DNA of 64,000 nucleotides from Neophaeotheca triangularis (Eukaryota). Shown here in pieces: positions 47,977 through 61,000 of the stretch. Position 1 is the first letter of the stretch; each line of letters starts with the position of its first letter. The position numbers and the translations under genes are program-made. Location: the NCBI GenBank assembly GCA_054600435.1, contig BAAIJX010000018.1:62001-126000 (forward strand), read 5' to 3'. The notes under the pieces were generated by a model. It did no database searches. It was not told the origin of the DNA and saw only the letters and a list, made by a program, of their open reading frames with translations.

Positions 47977-48858
47977 ATGATTAACCCAACCTACCTCGCG
48001 CAGAGGACGCGATCCTGTACGACTTTCCCGTATCAGCTTGCAACGGAAGAACGGTCATGCTAACAGGGAAAATCTAGCGGTGAACTGGGGCGATGCGAGC
48101 AGCAGGGTCATCAAGAGCTACCGGGACTGGATCAGAGCGGTAAGTGGGCAACAGCAGGTCGGATCTTATTGGAGGAGAGGGCACTGGCTGCGGCAGTAGG
48201 CTTGGTGAAACTAGGGTTTGGGTTTGCTGGCAAAGCAATGCAAGGGCTATGAAAGGGCTACGCATGCGACAGTGTCGCTGTTTCGCCATGCCGCGCGAGC
48301 TGAGGGAGGGAGTTATATGCGCGCAATTCGTAAAGAGCAAGGCGGCATGGGCAGAGGCATGCAGACCTGGGAGAGACTGCAGTTGGACAACGGATACATG
48401 GCGCAACATCAGGAGCTGATACAAACTTCGCGACCAGGCCCCCGAAGTTCAGCAGATGTACTCTCTCGACATGCCCGTATCCGCCATCCGCACAAAGATC
48501 CGCCAGGAATTTGAGAGGCACCGATATGTCAGCCAACTGCGGACCGTAGACGTCTTGCTGTTCAACTCGCACTCGGAATTTCAGGTACGATTCCTCCACC
48601 CATGGCATGCAGGCATGGTCATGCGTATCACCAGCAGGCCGGTGAGTCGTGGACTTGGATGCTGATTCGGTGCGCTTGATAGGAGACGCTCAACTACTGG
48701 AAGCAACTTACACACGTTCTCAAGTACTTCCGCACAGACGAGGACAAGCAGGCCAGCTTGCCGAAGAACTTCATCCAAGGTTTCATTGAGGGTAAAGACA
48801 TTCAACCAGCAAATCTTCTTGGACATATACGCTGACCGCATCTACAGGGAGGAATTGA
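47977..48858 (+). CDS. NDUFA6: NADH:ubiquinone oxidoreductase B14/14.8 kDa LYR subunit, 5 exons
   Basis: [65 protein letters not shown]...[20 protein letters not shown]...[11 protein letters not shown]. Confidence 0.92.
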
Positions 48859-51070
48859 ATTGCGCACCCCATACACCTGCGCAGTAGCGTCTAAAGAGAC
48901 AGAGACTGTATATACCATGAATTGTAGCGAATTTTCCAACAGCTGCTCCCCATTCGTTTTTGTCCGTTTTCGCCGCCGTCTCAGTCCCTCTGCTGGCCAT
49001 CGACATAACGATCTTCGCAGCCTGCTCCCAATGCTTGCCGTGCGGTTCGCCTGCCCAGAATGGCCTTGCCCCCGAGACTTCAGCGCTTCATCATCAGCGA
49101 TTTTCTTCGTGGCTCCGACCCTGTTACCTGAACAAAGCACGCAAATATACTAGCACTGCTAGCAGCTATCGTAAAGGCACAGCTCGAAGGAATGATGCTT
49201 CAACAAGGCCCAACCCAAGCCAGCTTTGCCTGAGCACAAATCTCGTTCTCCTTCTTCATGGAACGCGTCAGGTTCGAAAGACAGCACAACGAGAGCAGCG
49301 CCGCCCCCGATTGCCCGTTATTCTATCATATAGCACTTGCTCACGGAAACGTCAAACACAGCTCGAAATCCAGGAATACACACAAGACATGCACGACCAA
49401 AGGCTCTTTCTTCTTGATAGGCACTCGCGAAACCCGTTGAGAGCAAGCACAATACAGACGCAAGACGGATACTATCCTTGCGTATCTACTTGCCAAAATC
49501 AGAACAACTTCAGGAAGCTGCCATTCCAATCAGCAATCTTCTTCACACAACCCCAAGTCTTCTTCTTTCTCAGCGTCGTAGCCCGGGTGCCCTTGGCCAA
49601 TGCCAAACCTGACTCAATAGGTCTCCATGCATGCTCCACAGAAAGTATCCTGAGTTTCTTGCGAAATAGCTTTGCCATGTAGTGGTCAAAGGAGGAGAGG
49701 GCATTCAATGGTGCGTGCGGGTCTCGTCGGTTCGGAACTCTTGATCTCGGGACGACTCTACGGAGATCTTATGGTGCTTTTGGAACCTGATGATAGATAT
49801 ACGTAGGACTCGGAGACATGGGCAGAGGCCCCCTTTCTCATCGGCGTCTAACTGCTATCTTCTCAAGAACGCGTATAGGCGACGTGGTCAGGGGAAGATG
49901 CAAGCAAGCCATTCAGGAAACCTCAACTCATGCTGGCTGGGCAGCTAGCCCTAGATCCATCCCTCCAATGCTGTCTTCAGGTCAGTCTGTTAACGAGAAC
50001 AGCCTCATGCCGGTGCCCATGCTATGCTGATTCAAAACCACTCACATCTTATTATGGTGACCAGTTCGACTTATCGAGATCTGGCTCAACAAAAGCTTTT
50101 CACTTGGAGAAAAAACCACAATCTAGCCAACAGCGATATAGGGACAGACATGCTTCACTGCTGAAGAAACCAGCTCGTCCAAGATGAACGACATGTTGCT
50201 TGCTAGCCCGGTGACTCGAGCAGGGCGTTCCCCCCTGTATGCAACTAACTCTAGCTGATAAATTTCTCTACTCTTCGAACGGGCACAGCTCCGGTGTACC
50301 GAAGGCTTCGACCTCGTCGCACAGGCAGATGTAAATGCTCAATGCCTGAGTTGGCGACGTTCGTAGCGCTTAGGTTACACCTTGTTTACAGGCCAAGCGA
50401 GTGGGACTTGGCTGCTGTTGGCTCGTGTCTAGAAGTGAGCTGTGATGGCGATGGAGGCAGGGTAGAGAGAAACGATTTGCTGTTGTCTGATGAGTTTTAT
50501 GTTCGACTTGGGTCCATCTTGGAGGCGTGGGTGCCATGTGCTATTGGAAGCAATCGCCTGCTGCTTGCTATACATCCATCTTGGGCCGGGTTCTCGGACT
50601 TGTGTTCCTCTACAATCTTTCAAGCGCACAGTTCTACAACTTTGGCTCCGGAAAGAAATATACTATAGTAGGCAAAGGTAGCTTTGTAGCGTTTGTGTTA
50701 CTACAGTGAGCGCAGGCACATCTATTTGACCTTTGAAGTCAAGCATGGTAGTACTAGGTGGAACCAACACAACAGCGTTGTTTAACATTTGGACTCAACG
50801 TTTAGTGTTGTTCACGCTACTGCAAATGACTAGACGAAATCTGCGGGCGGTATTGACTAGACTAAGACGGGTGTCTGGATGGAACTCTTTCCGGAGACAA
50901 TGGTGCATTGTACCATTGTTTGCAGTGGTATAGCATGTCGCTATGCTTATTTCAGGGTATAGTACAAACTCTTTACATCGATCCAAAAGCAAAGCAGGCT
51001 TCTTCGCATTCATCTCAAAGGTGCCCATCCACTTTGCTCCAAGCCCGGGACTGTTGAGCAGCTACTTCGA

Positions 51071-52662
51071 CTACTTCTTGCTCGCCTCATCATCCTCCGT
51101 CAGTATTTCCTCGTCAACATTGTATGCCAGCCAGATGGCAGCCGCAACGACGCTCCCAAAAGTCACACCGATGATAGCGCGGCCCCGAGCTCCCTGCTTA
51201 GCTTTGAGCTGCTCGTTGCTGCCTAGAATGGTGACGGCGTTCTTGAGGTACGCGTAACTCAACCCGCTCCATGCCGTGGTGCCCGCAACTAGCCATTGGA
51301 AGTAGGTCATGGCCTGGTGCAAATCGAGGCCGCTCATTCCGAGATCGTGCAGCAAACCCAGATGGTGGCTGTCGGCCGTCACCACGGGCAGTGCGAGCGT
51401 CGAGCCAATGAGGACGATTTGAAGAAAGGTGTTGTATTTGGAGACCGTCGTTGGGTGCACTTCGGCGCTAGGAAGGGAAAAGTCCCAGTAGCGCATGAAG
51501 GTTTTGGGAGCAGGCAAAGATGCAAAGCGGTAATAGATCGCGGCCAACGCCAAGGATGCGTCACGGCCTAGTATCAACGTTGCGAGATATACTGCGCGCC
51601 GGTCAGTAATGATGGTCTCGATTTTCTTTGTGCCTGGATCTTCTCCTCACCTGGCAGCAGTCCCTTGACAGCCAGCGTGACGGTCAGAATAATCATCAAA
51701 GCCTTATCAGCCATTGGGTCGATAACACTGCCAGCTACGGTCTGAAGTTTGAAGCGTCTAGCAATCCATCCGTCGACAAGATCTGTGATGCCTGCATAGG
51801 CGAAAAGTCCCAGTGCCCATTTATGGTAATCATGAAGAAGCAGATATGCCGTTATCGGGGCTGCGATCAACCGCGAGACGGTCAAGATGTTCGGTACATT
51901 GTAGATGTTTTCCCGAGTCTTAGGTGTAAGACCAGGGATTGCAGAGCGTACTTTGGCGCTGACTGCTTTTGTGCGCTCTTTCGCTGCATCGAGACGTTTT
52001 GCTATCGGCCTATTGTTGGTCTGTGGCACAAGGAACGATTAGCGTTGCTCATGCGGCACTCCAATGGCTCGACACGGTTGCAAGCAAGACTGATAGCGTC
52101 TGTTTGGTGGCTGCGTTTCTGGTTTTCGTACAGAAAATGGCTTGCCGCAACTGATAAGATACCCGGCAAAGGCTGCGATGGGGATTCAGGGGTAGCACCA
52201 GGCTGCAAAAAATAAAACGAACAAAAGGTGCCTGGGAAATGGTGGGCCGGATCATGCAGAGAGAACCGTGCATACCTCTTCATTCTTCTGGCTATGGAGG
52301 TCTTGCTTCTCGGGCCTCTGGTCTTGAGATCTTTCTGAAAGTAGGCGATGGGATTGGAGGAGCGCTGAACGCAGTGAAGGTTTTCTGCGGTGGCAATGTA
52401 TGAGCATTTGACCCTTGGCTTCGAGACAAATCACGAGCACGCACTTAGGTACTCGAGGCCTAGTAGAAAAGTAAAGCAGACTTGATGGCTGCTCGACATA
52501 GGATGCCGTCAATTTTCTCGTCGATGATGAGTAAAAAAGGCGCCGAGATGATGGCCAGTTGGTGATTGATGGTTTGGGGCAAATGGTCAAAGAAGCGGCC
52601 GTGGCAGGTTTCAAGACTGCAGCAGAGCCTGAATGCGCTCGAAGAAGAAGCAACGGCGCCAT
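51071..52662 (-). CDS. CRD1: Cardiolipin synthase (CDP-alcohol phosphatidyltransferase) with mitochondrial-type presequence, 4 exons
   Basis: ENIYNVPNILTVSR, TDLVDGWIARR...GSVIDPMADK, YLATLILGRD, RYWDFSLPSAEVHPTTVSKYNT. Introns 52444-52385, 52275-52021, ~51650-51592. R/S-rich, acid-poor N-terminus. Confidence 0.9.
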
Positions 52663-54170
52663 CACACTTCACCGAGCCATGGGGGGGAGGCTTATGAGTA
52701 GGGGACCTAGGGGTTAGGGGTGGGGGGTGGGGGAGGGCGAGGAGGAGGAGATAACGTGACGTGCTGAGTCTACTACTACTGTACTAAGGTAGGTACCTAC
52801 CTACTAGGAGCTAGAGGGTTTTAGATACAGATGGAGAGAGTTTCCGGCAGGGGCAGGTATAGCGAAGCCGTGTGCATATCAGTTATTAGTCATCCATCGG
52901 TTATCACTCGGGACGGGAAAGCCCGGGGCCGGCGGAAGCTGAGTCGGATAACAATCCACTGGATGTCATGGTTGATCTCATGGGCCATGGGCTATGGCGG
53001 ATCACTCTCGTCCCAAGGACCCGGATTGCTTTCTCTCATACTTTGAACTACCCGCAAAGGCCTACCGTCGACCGAGTCTAAAGACTAAAGCGAAGACAAT
53101 GACAGCTTGACTTTTGCAACGGTTTGCGGGGAGCATAAAAGCATGAGTAAGGTATAGTATAATATGAGCAGATGTAGGCTCAAAAGGGAAGCAACAATCA
53201 AAGACACCAAGTAACTAATGATGAAACACTACTACATACCTAGTACTATGTAGGTTTTTTAGGTAGAATGATAATAACAATATTATTATTACTATTTACT
53301 GCCCGAGCAGACACTCGACCGCTTTCATTTCCCCCATTTGCCGAACACGCCATGCCGAGTGCCGTTAATAAGACATTCAATAATGTCGCATCAGGCGAAA
53401 TGCAACGACACCTTCCGACCGGTTACACTGCAGCGGCGCAGCTTCCCCATTGCCGTTTTCCACCGTCTTAGGGTGCTTAGCATGCTCGGCCGTCGATCGC
53501 AAAGCACATCTTTACCTATCGCTACTTACACCTCTCGAGTCTTCGTCTCCTATTCCCATGGAATTAATCTCCGTCTGGGTGAAGCAAGAGCGGGTGTGGT
53601 CGCCGTTCCTCTATGTATTTACGGTACCACATCAACGATGATCGTCCGTAGTCGGCGAGCTCAACCAATTGCACTTGGAGCCGATACTTGGTAGCTTGTG
53701 AAATTCGAATTCTGCAAAAAGGAGCAAGTTCTAAATGTACTACTATGTGTCGTTGTATCGATTATCTCGGTATTGCTGCGTCTACTCGTAAAATGCCCTC
53801 TGTTTTAAGCAACTATAAGTACAGATCTCCATCCCCATAGCCACACGCCTACAAACTTAGCGCTGAATGCACCCCTCGTTTCTTTCAGTACACATCCTCC
53901 GGTGAAAGTGGAGACAACGTTCCGTTGAGCGCGTTCCGTAAGTCCTTCGATCCGGTGAAAAGGGGTATCGTCGTGTTTCAGCGTGATTCTCATGACTTCG
54001 CTCCGCAGGTACTGTGTTCACCCTGTGCGAAGTATGCGTAAAGTCCGCATGACGGCTTGCTTTGGTAAGAGAGCGTCAAGCTATGGTTCGCTGTGTTCGT
54101 GGCCGGGCGGCTCTTCTCCCACTTGGCTCGTCTTAGGCTCCTCCTCAAGCAAACTTTCCTCGCCTCCATC

Positions 54171-55793
54171 CTATTGAGCGTAGGTAGAGCTTGCGACTTC
54201 AGGGCGATACATCTGGCCAGTCGTGCCGTAGCCATGGTAGCCCTGCGGAGCCTGTTGCGTCGAGTAGCTTGAACCACTGCTGATACCCAGACCGTTCATG
54301 TCGCGAGGCTGGTTGGACGAGTTGGATGTGCCGGCGACTGCGTAAGACCCACCTCGGTATGGCATCTGATTCGAGTACGCTGGTGCGTAAGGCTCGTGGC
54401 TCTGCGGGCCAGCCATCGTCGCCGACCTAGGACTCTTGGCGGCTGGATGTGGTGATTGCGTCCCGATAGGCGCACTGTGCATGCCATAGCCTTGAGCCGG
54501 AGACCGCACAGCGTAGGCCTGGTTGGAAAGGGCCTGGGGAGCTTGCGGCTGGCTGTAGAGGGACTGGCTTCGGCCGTCGGCGGGTGGGCTGGCGACACCA
54601 CTGCCACTGTAAGGGGTGCGATTGCCCTGTCCGCCAATGGTGCCGAAACTCGATGAGCTGGACTGGACGGGCGTTTGGTAGGAAGATTGAACCATTGAGG
54701 GTGTTTCGTTGCCTCTGCCGTGAATGGCGGAGTAAGACGATGCGTACTGGTTGCCGTACGAATGCCCCGCGGGTGGCCCGCTCTGCTCTTCAGCCTTTAC
54801 CGGAGGCGGCGCTTGTCCAGGTGCCTTGTAGTAGTTGGAATAGCTTGGTGGCGCATAGGCGGGTTGGCTGCCGTACGCAATGGGCCCACTTGAAGTAGAG
54901 TGTGCTGGCCAGGAAGTTCCAGTCATACCGCCATACAGGTTGGGAGCCGAAGAAGCCATGCTATACATCGCAGGCTGGTATTGTGGCTGACCGAAGTATT
55001 GTCCAGGTCTCACGCCATACCCACTTGGTGCCATGGTGGAATACATCATTTGGGGATGGGCGTGCATGTTGCCATCAATTGCGTAGTGCTCAGTCTCCTC
55101 GACAGGCGCGCGAAAGTTCTGCTTGAGATACAATTCTGGGCGCACCATGATATTTTGTAGACGCGGGTCGGAGGCTGGTCTCGGGAGCAGATTGTTCTTG
55201 ACATCGTCCACCTTGTAGTAGGATACCATGTGGTGAGAAATGCCGTTGACTGAGATGCTCATTGTTTTCTTCACCAGTCCGTCAGGTCGGAAGCCGTAGC
55301 TATCGACGAGGCTGCCTATCAAAGACCGCTCGAGCTCCTTGTCCTGGTCCGTGTTTGATGCTTCGTTCTTCACACCCTCCTCTACGTTGGGGGACGGCGG
55401 AGTAAGAGGTGCTGCAGCTTCTACGCGCTCGTTTTCGTTGGAATCTTGTCGTGGATACGGCTCACCGGGGATGCTGGCCCGTTTGCGTTTCATTGCACGC
55501 TTCTTTTCTCCCGGGGGAAAAGGCTTTTCAAGCTCTCTGTAGATCAGAAAGTTGCCCAGGATTCGACTCGGGCTCCAGGCAACACCGTCGGTCCAGCGCT
55601 TGATTCCGGATGCGTTCTCCTCATAGATGAAGATGCTGCCGCTTTTGATGAGCTGACTGCGCTCCCGATCGTGCGGTCTACGGGGCACATGATGCAGCTT
55701 GCCACTGAGACATGCTTCGAACAGCACCAGGCCGTCCATGCTGTTGTGAACGAAGCCATGGAAGGTTGGGACCAGAGGCCCCGCTCCTGTCAT
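54171..55793 (-). CDS. WOR1: Gti1/Pac2 (WOPR) transcription factor, Wor1/Ryp1/Sge1 type
   Basis: PTFHGFV, RRPHDRER, GIKRWTDG..WSPSRILGNFLIYREL, PPGEKKRA, DSYGFRPDGLVKKTMS, HHMVSYY, then a Y/P/S/Q-rich tail. Confidence 0.93.
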   Translation of the reverse strand: MTGAGPLVPTFHGFVHNSMDGLVLFEACLSGKLHHVPRRPHDRERSQLIKSGSIFIYEENASGIKRWTDGVAWSPSRILGNFLIYRELEKPFPPGEKKRAMKRKRASIPGEPYPRQDSNENERVEAAAPLTPPSPNVEEGVKNEASNTDQDKELERSLIGSLVDSYGFRPDGLVKKTMSISVNGISHHMVSYYKVDDVKNNLLPRPASDPRLQNIMVRPELYLKQNFRAPVEETEHYAIDGNMHAHPQMMYSTMAPSGYGVRPGQYFGQPQYQPAMYSMASSAPNLYGGMTGTSWPAHSTSSGPIAYGSQPAYAPPSYSNYYKAPGQAPPPVKAEEQSGPPAGHSYGNQYASSYSAIHGRGNETPSMVQSSYQTPVQSSSSSFGTIGGQGNRTPYSGSGVASPPADGRSQSLYSQPQAPQALSNQAYAVRSPAQGYGMHSAPIGTQSPHPAAKSPRSATMAGPQSHEPYAPAYSNQMPYRGGSYAVAGTSNSSNQPRDMNGLGISSGSSYSTQQAPQGYHGYGTTGQMYRPEVASSTYAQ

Positions 55794-56127
55794 GGTCGCC
55801 GGATTTGGAAGAAGCGCGCAGGTCTAGGAATGCGCGCGTTGATTCGCGTGCGCAACGGAGGACAGGAGTGAGGTGGCGCGGGTTATCCGAGTGAAAAATG
55901 AATTGCCGCGATTACTGACTGACTGTCGTGAGGTGGACTCTCTACGTGAGGAAGCGGTGAAAGGAGACGTCACTGGACGTTGGTGAATTGCTTAGAATGA
56001 AAAGGCGGGACGCTGTCGGCAGGTTCTTTCGAATGCTCGTATGCTGACCTCAAGGTAAGGTATTGGTATTGAAACAATGGCAACAGCGAGTAAGATTGAC
56101 CTCCGCGGTAATGTTTCTGTTTTTGTA

Positions 56128-56161
56128 GTTGTTGTTGTTGTTGTTGTTGTTGTTGCTGTTG
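56128..56161. repeat. (TTG)n trinucleotide microsatellite
   Basis: About 9-11 TTG/CTG units upstream of the WOPR gene. Confidence 0.85.
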
Positions 56162-56254
56162 CGCGAATCTGGCAGGCACGTTGGAATAAACCTTCCGAAG
56201 CGAGTCAGCGATCAATGCCAGGGCCAAAAAGCATCGTTCACGACGTAGAGCAAT

Positions 56255-56294
56255 GAACGACCGAACGACCGAACGAACGAACAAACGAACGAAC
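56255..56294. repeat. Imperfect (CGAA)n repeat
   Basis: gaacgaccgaacgaccgaacgaacgaacaaacgaacgaac. Confidence 0.75.
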
Positions 56295-56919
56295 CTTGAG
56301 CTGATTGGTGCTGTGCAAAGAAATTAAAGTGTGTTGCAAGAATGCAAGCAATGTACAGGCCTCGAAGAAACAACCCAAAGACAATGATTGGGTTGCGTGC
56401 GTGTGTGTGTGTGTGACGGGCGGATCGTGGGTGGTGGGCAGGCAGTAGTAGTAGGACTGTAGGAGCAGCTGTCTTGGTTGTGAGGAAGCTCAAGGTTGAA
56501 TGCGGCCCTCACGAGAGAAGGAGCTTAGATGGGAAGCAGAGTTTGAAGAGGATGGGGACAAGCGTGAACTATACGTGCTGCGACTGACTCTTCACGTGAT
56601 GCAAGAGAATGGTGAAGACGGGAGGAGGGTGAGGTGCTGCTCCAGGTCGGTGCGTGCTCGGGGAGCGTTTTTTTGGCTCTGAGGGGAGGGAGAGAGGTAG
56701 GTTCCGGCTGGATCGCCGCCGTGGAGGATTTGTTGTTGTTATGCTACTACTACTACTGCTAACTAGCCACTACTACTGCCACCCTCGACGAGGATTAAGC
56801 ATAACGGGGACTGAGTTCAAACATACCTATGACAAAATTGCGGTCGACCCGGGCTCAGGTACTCCACCTCGAACCGTTGGTTGATGCGCCGCGGACAGGG
56901 CTCCCAGCGATTTGCAAAT

Positions 56920-56960
56920 AATGGTAATGGTAATGGAAATGGAAGTGGAAATGGAAATGG
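56920..56960. repeat. (AATGGW)n hexamer repeat
   Basis: aatggtaatggtaatggaaatggaagtggaaatggaaatgg. Confidence 0.75.
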
Positions 56961-57132
56961 TCGATCATCCAACGGGCAGCTCAGTAACGTTACCTAGGTA
57001 GTGTGCTCGACGGCGAGCACGGCTTCTGCTGAGCTCGGGGCAGAAAGAAGAGAAGCAGTGCCGCTGACGAGACAAGGGCCCACGAGTGGTCGTATTGACT
57101 AGCGCATCGAGGGTGACGCTGGTCGAGACCCG

Positions 57133-57164
<32 letters not shown>

Positions 57165-57173
57165 GTCTCTCTC
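57133..57173. repeat. (CT)n microsatellite
   Basis: Near-perfect CT run. Confidence 0.85.
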
Positions 57174-58023
57174 CTGCTGGCACCTGCAGGCTGCAGGCCG
57201 GGTGCCCAGCTGCTGCTCCTCAGTCCTCAGTCCTCACAGCCCCGATGATGATCGATCAAGGCAGAGCAAAGAGACGTACACCGTACTTGGACAGACGTGC
57301 GGCCAATAATGACGCCCTCGCTGCCTCGAGCCCGTGAGACGCTGGCGTCCTCTTCAGCTAGGCCTACTAGCGCGCAGTCCAGGTGGGCTACTATTGAATG
57401 GCCCGATGGCGCGGAAGAGGCTTGGATGGGAGCAGCTTGCCGGAACAGTAGAGGCAGGGTAGTAGGCAGGGTACCTGTGTACGTACATGGATACTGCGAC
57501 TCTGCGAGGACTAAGTTACCCGTCCGGTAGCAGCGGGGGAGATGGGAGCACGATGATGGTATCCGCCTTGCAGACCACCTGGGCACCCTCTAGTATCTAC
57601 CGGCGAGCTCCACCTGAAACATCGACATGGCCGAGGCACAGCGAAGCACACTAATTTTGACAGCACCCAACGGCAGCGCAGTAGTCGATTGCAATTACCA
57701 TGAGAAGATAGTCATCCATCGCTGTTGTTCTACATTTCCGCTTCTGCTGCAGGTCTGGCCGGTCGCTCGAGCGACGCTGAACCAATGGATCGTTTTATCG
57801 ATTTGGTGATAGCTACGATTTGACTGATGATTGATGACCTATCCGCCGCACGCAGGGGGGTACGTGCGAACGATCAAGACGACAAATACGGCGCGAGCGC
57901 GGAAGATACGGATCTTACCAGTAGTATCAAGTATCAAGTTCCCAAAAGGCGCGGCTGTGGGCTCGGTCCGATAGTGACTATTGTTTGGGTCGAGAGAGGA
58001 GGTGGGGTCGAATTGAGAGGGGA

Positions 58024-58048
58024 AGAGAGAGAGAGAGAGAGAGAGAGA
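58024..58048. repeat. (GA)n microsatellite
   Basis: About 12 GA units. Confidence 0.85.
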
Positions 58049-61000
58049 AGGAAAAAGGAGCGAGGTCGTTCTGCTGCGTCGATGCGCCATCCCGCGGCTT
58101 CTCGCAGCCCCGGACGAGGGCAGCGCCGCCAGCACGCGCACCGTTGCGAACATTCCATTACATGGGTACCTTGGTCAGCGGGATTTAATGCCATTATTAT
58201 TATTATCTTCGCTTCTTCACAGGAGATGGGCAAAGGGAAGTCACTGCCGGTTTCACATGACACTACTAGGAGGTACTTAGTGCTAGCTTAGCCTACGACC
58301 TTTTAGGCCTCAGCAACTGCAAACTTGACAGCAAGCGTAGCGCAACGACAGCACTAACCTGTTACCGATAGCTCCTGGCCGCAACTTCAATCGTTTGAAT
58401 GTGGCTCTAGCAGGTCACGTAGGTGCTACCGCATTCTTGCGGGCCGCGGTACCTCAGCCTCACATCAAGGTGCCAGCTTCGTGTCGCACAAGATCTGGGA
58501 GCGACGGAGTTGGGCCCGGCTCGGACAGCAACAGTCACCGAAAACCCGTATCTCCGTAGGAAACAGCCACGATCGCAGCCAAAAGACGGTACTAGACATG
58601 GCAGACACGGTAGACACAGTAGTAGTAGTGACTGAGTAGTGGTAGACCCTCTGGCGGCTTTGCGAGGCGCCATGCAACGGCAGCGTCGATCATCCTGGTA
58701 CCGCCGCCTTCACCAATTCCTAACCACCGCAGGCTGCAGCGAAGGGTGGAACGAGCTGCGAGGCTGCACAGTATTTGTTTGTCGTATCCGTGTTTGCGTC
58801 GTTGTTGCGAGGCAAATAATAATAATCATACAATGACTGTGACAAAGAGCCCACCCGTTCTGGCTCGCCCTTGACGGCTGACGCTATTCGATCTGTTCCA
58901 AATTTCGTGCATTCTCTGTCGCCCCCCCTCGGCAATCAATATCTATACTGGCCTGACATTGTTCACTCGCCCAACAAGAACGAATGTTGACAATTGTGGT
59001 CGAGCCTCCCTGCTTCTTCTACACCATGACCCCTGCGAGCCCATCTCTTTGCCTCGCTGCCAACGTCCACGTCTCGCCGCTTTTACGTCAAGACTCAAGA
59101 CAGCAAAGACGTCTACGTGTGGCTGTCCCTTTGCGACCAATGACAGACGCTCCGGCATGTAATTCCTAGCGCAAGCTACGGCTTTGACCAACATGGAAAT
59201 CGCGTTTGGCATGGCTACGCGTCCTGTGACATCCGGGGATAGCAGTAGTCTATGTACTAGACTACTACTACCCATGTCCATGTATTCTGGTACAGGCGCT
59301 TTTACTGCTCTGCATGTCCGCGGCGTGGTCGTCCCACTACTCTCAGGTACCTGCAGGCTGCTGCAGCCCGCCGGTGCGCCGTTCAATCGACGAGGTAGTA
59401 GTTCGCCACACTGGCGATGCCAGAAGGCTCGGAGGGACGGTGAGCGTCGTTGTCGCGAATTGCAGGCTCCCGTCTGCAGGTCCGGCAGCCGCTCTCACAC
59501 CGTCACACGTCTGTCAAACCTTTGGCATGATTGTTGTTGTGTAGGTAGGTAGTATAGATATGCTACAGGGATCTTTTGTCAGCCGGTGGGCTCAAATTCT
59601 GCCCAGGGAGCGGGATCGCCCCCGCGAGATGATGATCAGTCTTTGAGCCAGACGGCTGCCCTGAACTCTGAAGCGGCTTCAACCTTCACTTCGGACAGAG
59701 TAGCCTGAGTTTGCCAAGCATCAGTATCCGCATGCTGTAGTACTGTGTCTTTGCAAGGTGAGAAGTTTTAGAAGGGTCATGTGGCTGTACAAAAAGGACT
59801 CCAAGAGAGCCAACCTGAAAATGCTGGTTGTAGACTCACTCGTCCAGGGGTACCCTGTAGGATGCTGCATCCGTCTATGGATCTCGACCGAGCCGTCACG
59901 TTATTGATTGCTGCTAGATCACCAACGATCTGCACCCTGCAGGACTCGGTCTAGTCCAACGGCCTGCGAAAGCCACCTGCATTGCTCTCGGTAGTCGCCG
60001 GATCGTCATCCCAGACAGATGCACTTCATCAAGCCTCCACTGTGCTAGGATGTCTCTCTGCGGAAGAGGGCGCGCGAGGGAGACTTGCCAGCACTAGTAG
60101 TACCAGTAGTACTGCAACCCACCAGTCCAAGAGCATCTTAATAATATTAATAATAACAAAATGCCGCTACGAGAGAGGTACGTCACACGGTTAATGAAAC
60201 CGCCGTCATCGGACAGACATATCCCCGCGACCGGTCGAGGTATGGATGGTAGTAGTATTTACATCAATAATCAAGACCATTGAGCCGTCATGATTGCTCC
60301 ACGGAATCAAGCTCGATCAGCGAGTCACGCTTAAGACAGCGGCTCGTAGAGAGTGCTAAGTAACGACTACCAACTTGGAAGTGTTTAAAGGAGTTGATGA
60401 TGCTTGACCGTGAGACGACCGTCATCACATAATTCTACCCAAGGTTACTCTCCTCACAAGCTGCCTCAGGCCCTCAGCTCAAATGCCGAACTGTCGTCAA
60501 CGTACGTCCTTGTTGGCGGTAGTCTTCGCGCAATGCAATAATATTAACAAAACTAATCAAATATCTTCGCGTTCCACCGCGCTAAGATTGACACCTGCTA
60601 TTCTACAAGAAGATTTCTTTTGGTAAGTTGTAACCCACCAAAACAGATTCCGCTCCAGAAAATGCCCAAGGCCAAGGGTCGGCGTGCCTTTCCGACCGAG
60701 CGACGCCGACGATATTGCTAACCTCACCCCGGCGGTCCGTCACCCTCAGCATCTGCACAGAACGGGCACCATTAATATTACTTTGTTGCGGATCGTCGCT
60801 GGAAGAAGTGGCTGGCATCATACCACTATAGCTAAACCCGCAGGTTCGTAATTTACGATCACGCTTCTGCACGTCCTGCTTTTCGATTCTTAGTTAGCTT
60901 GAGGCTGGTCCTCTGCAGCTTATTACTCCCCGAACATCAGCGTATCGCCGTGTCTTCAATCACCTGAGGCCCGTACACATGAGAATCATGGAATGGTAGG

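Noticed and set aside
48960..49682. 240-aa plus-strand ORF
   Set aside because: Non-ATG start, no recognisable motif and atypical composition. Not called as a gene.
55970..56284. Poly-Q ORF upstream of the WOPR gene
   Set aside because: Explained by the (TTG)n microsatellite; non-ATG start and no domain.
56920..56960. Hexamer repeat as a telomere relic
   Set aside because: The unit is AATGGW, not TTAGGG.
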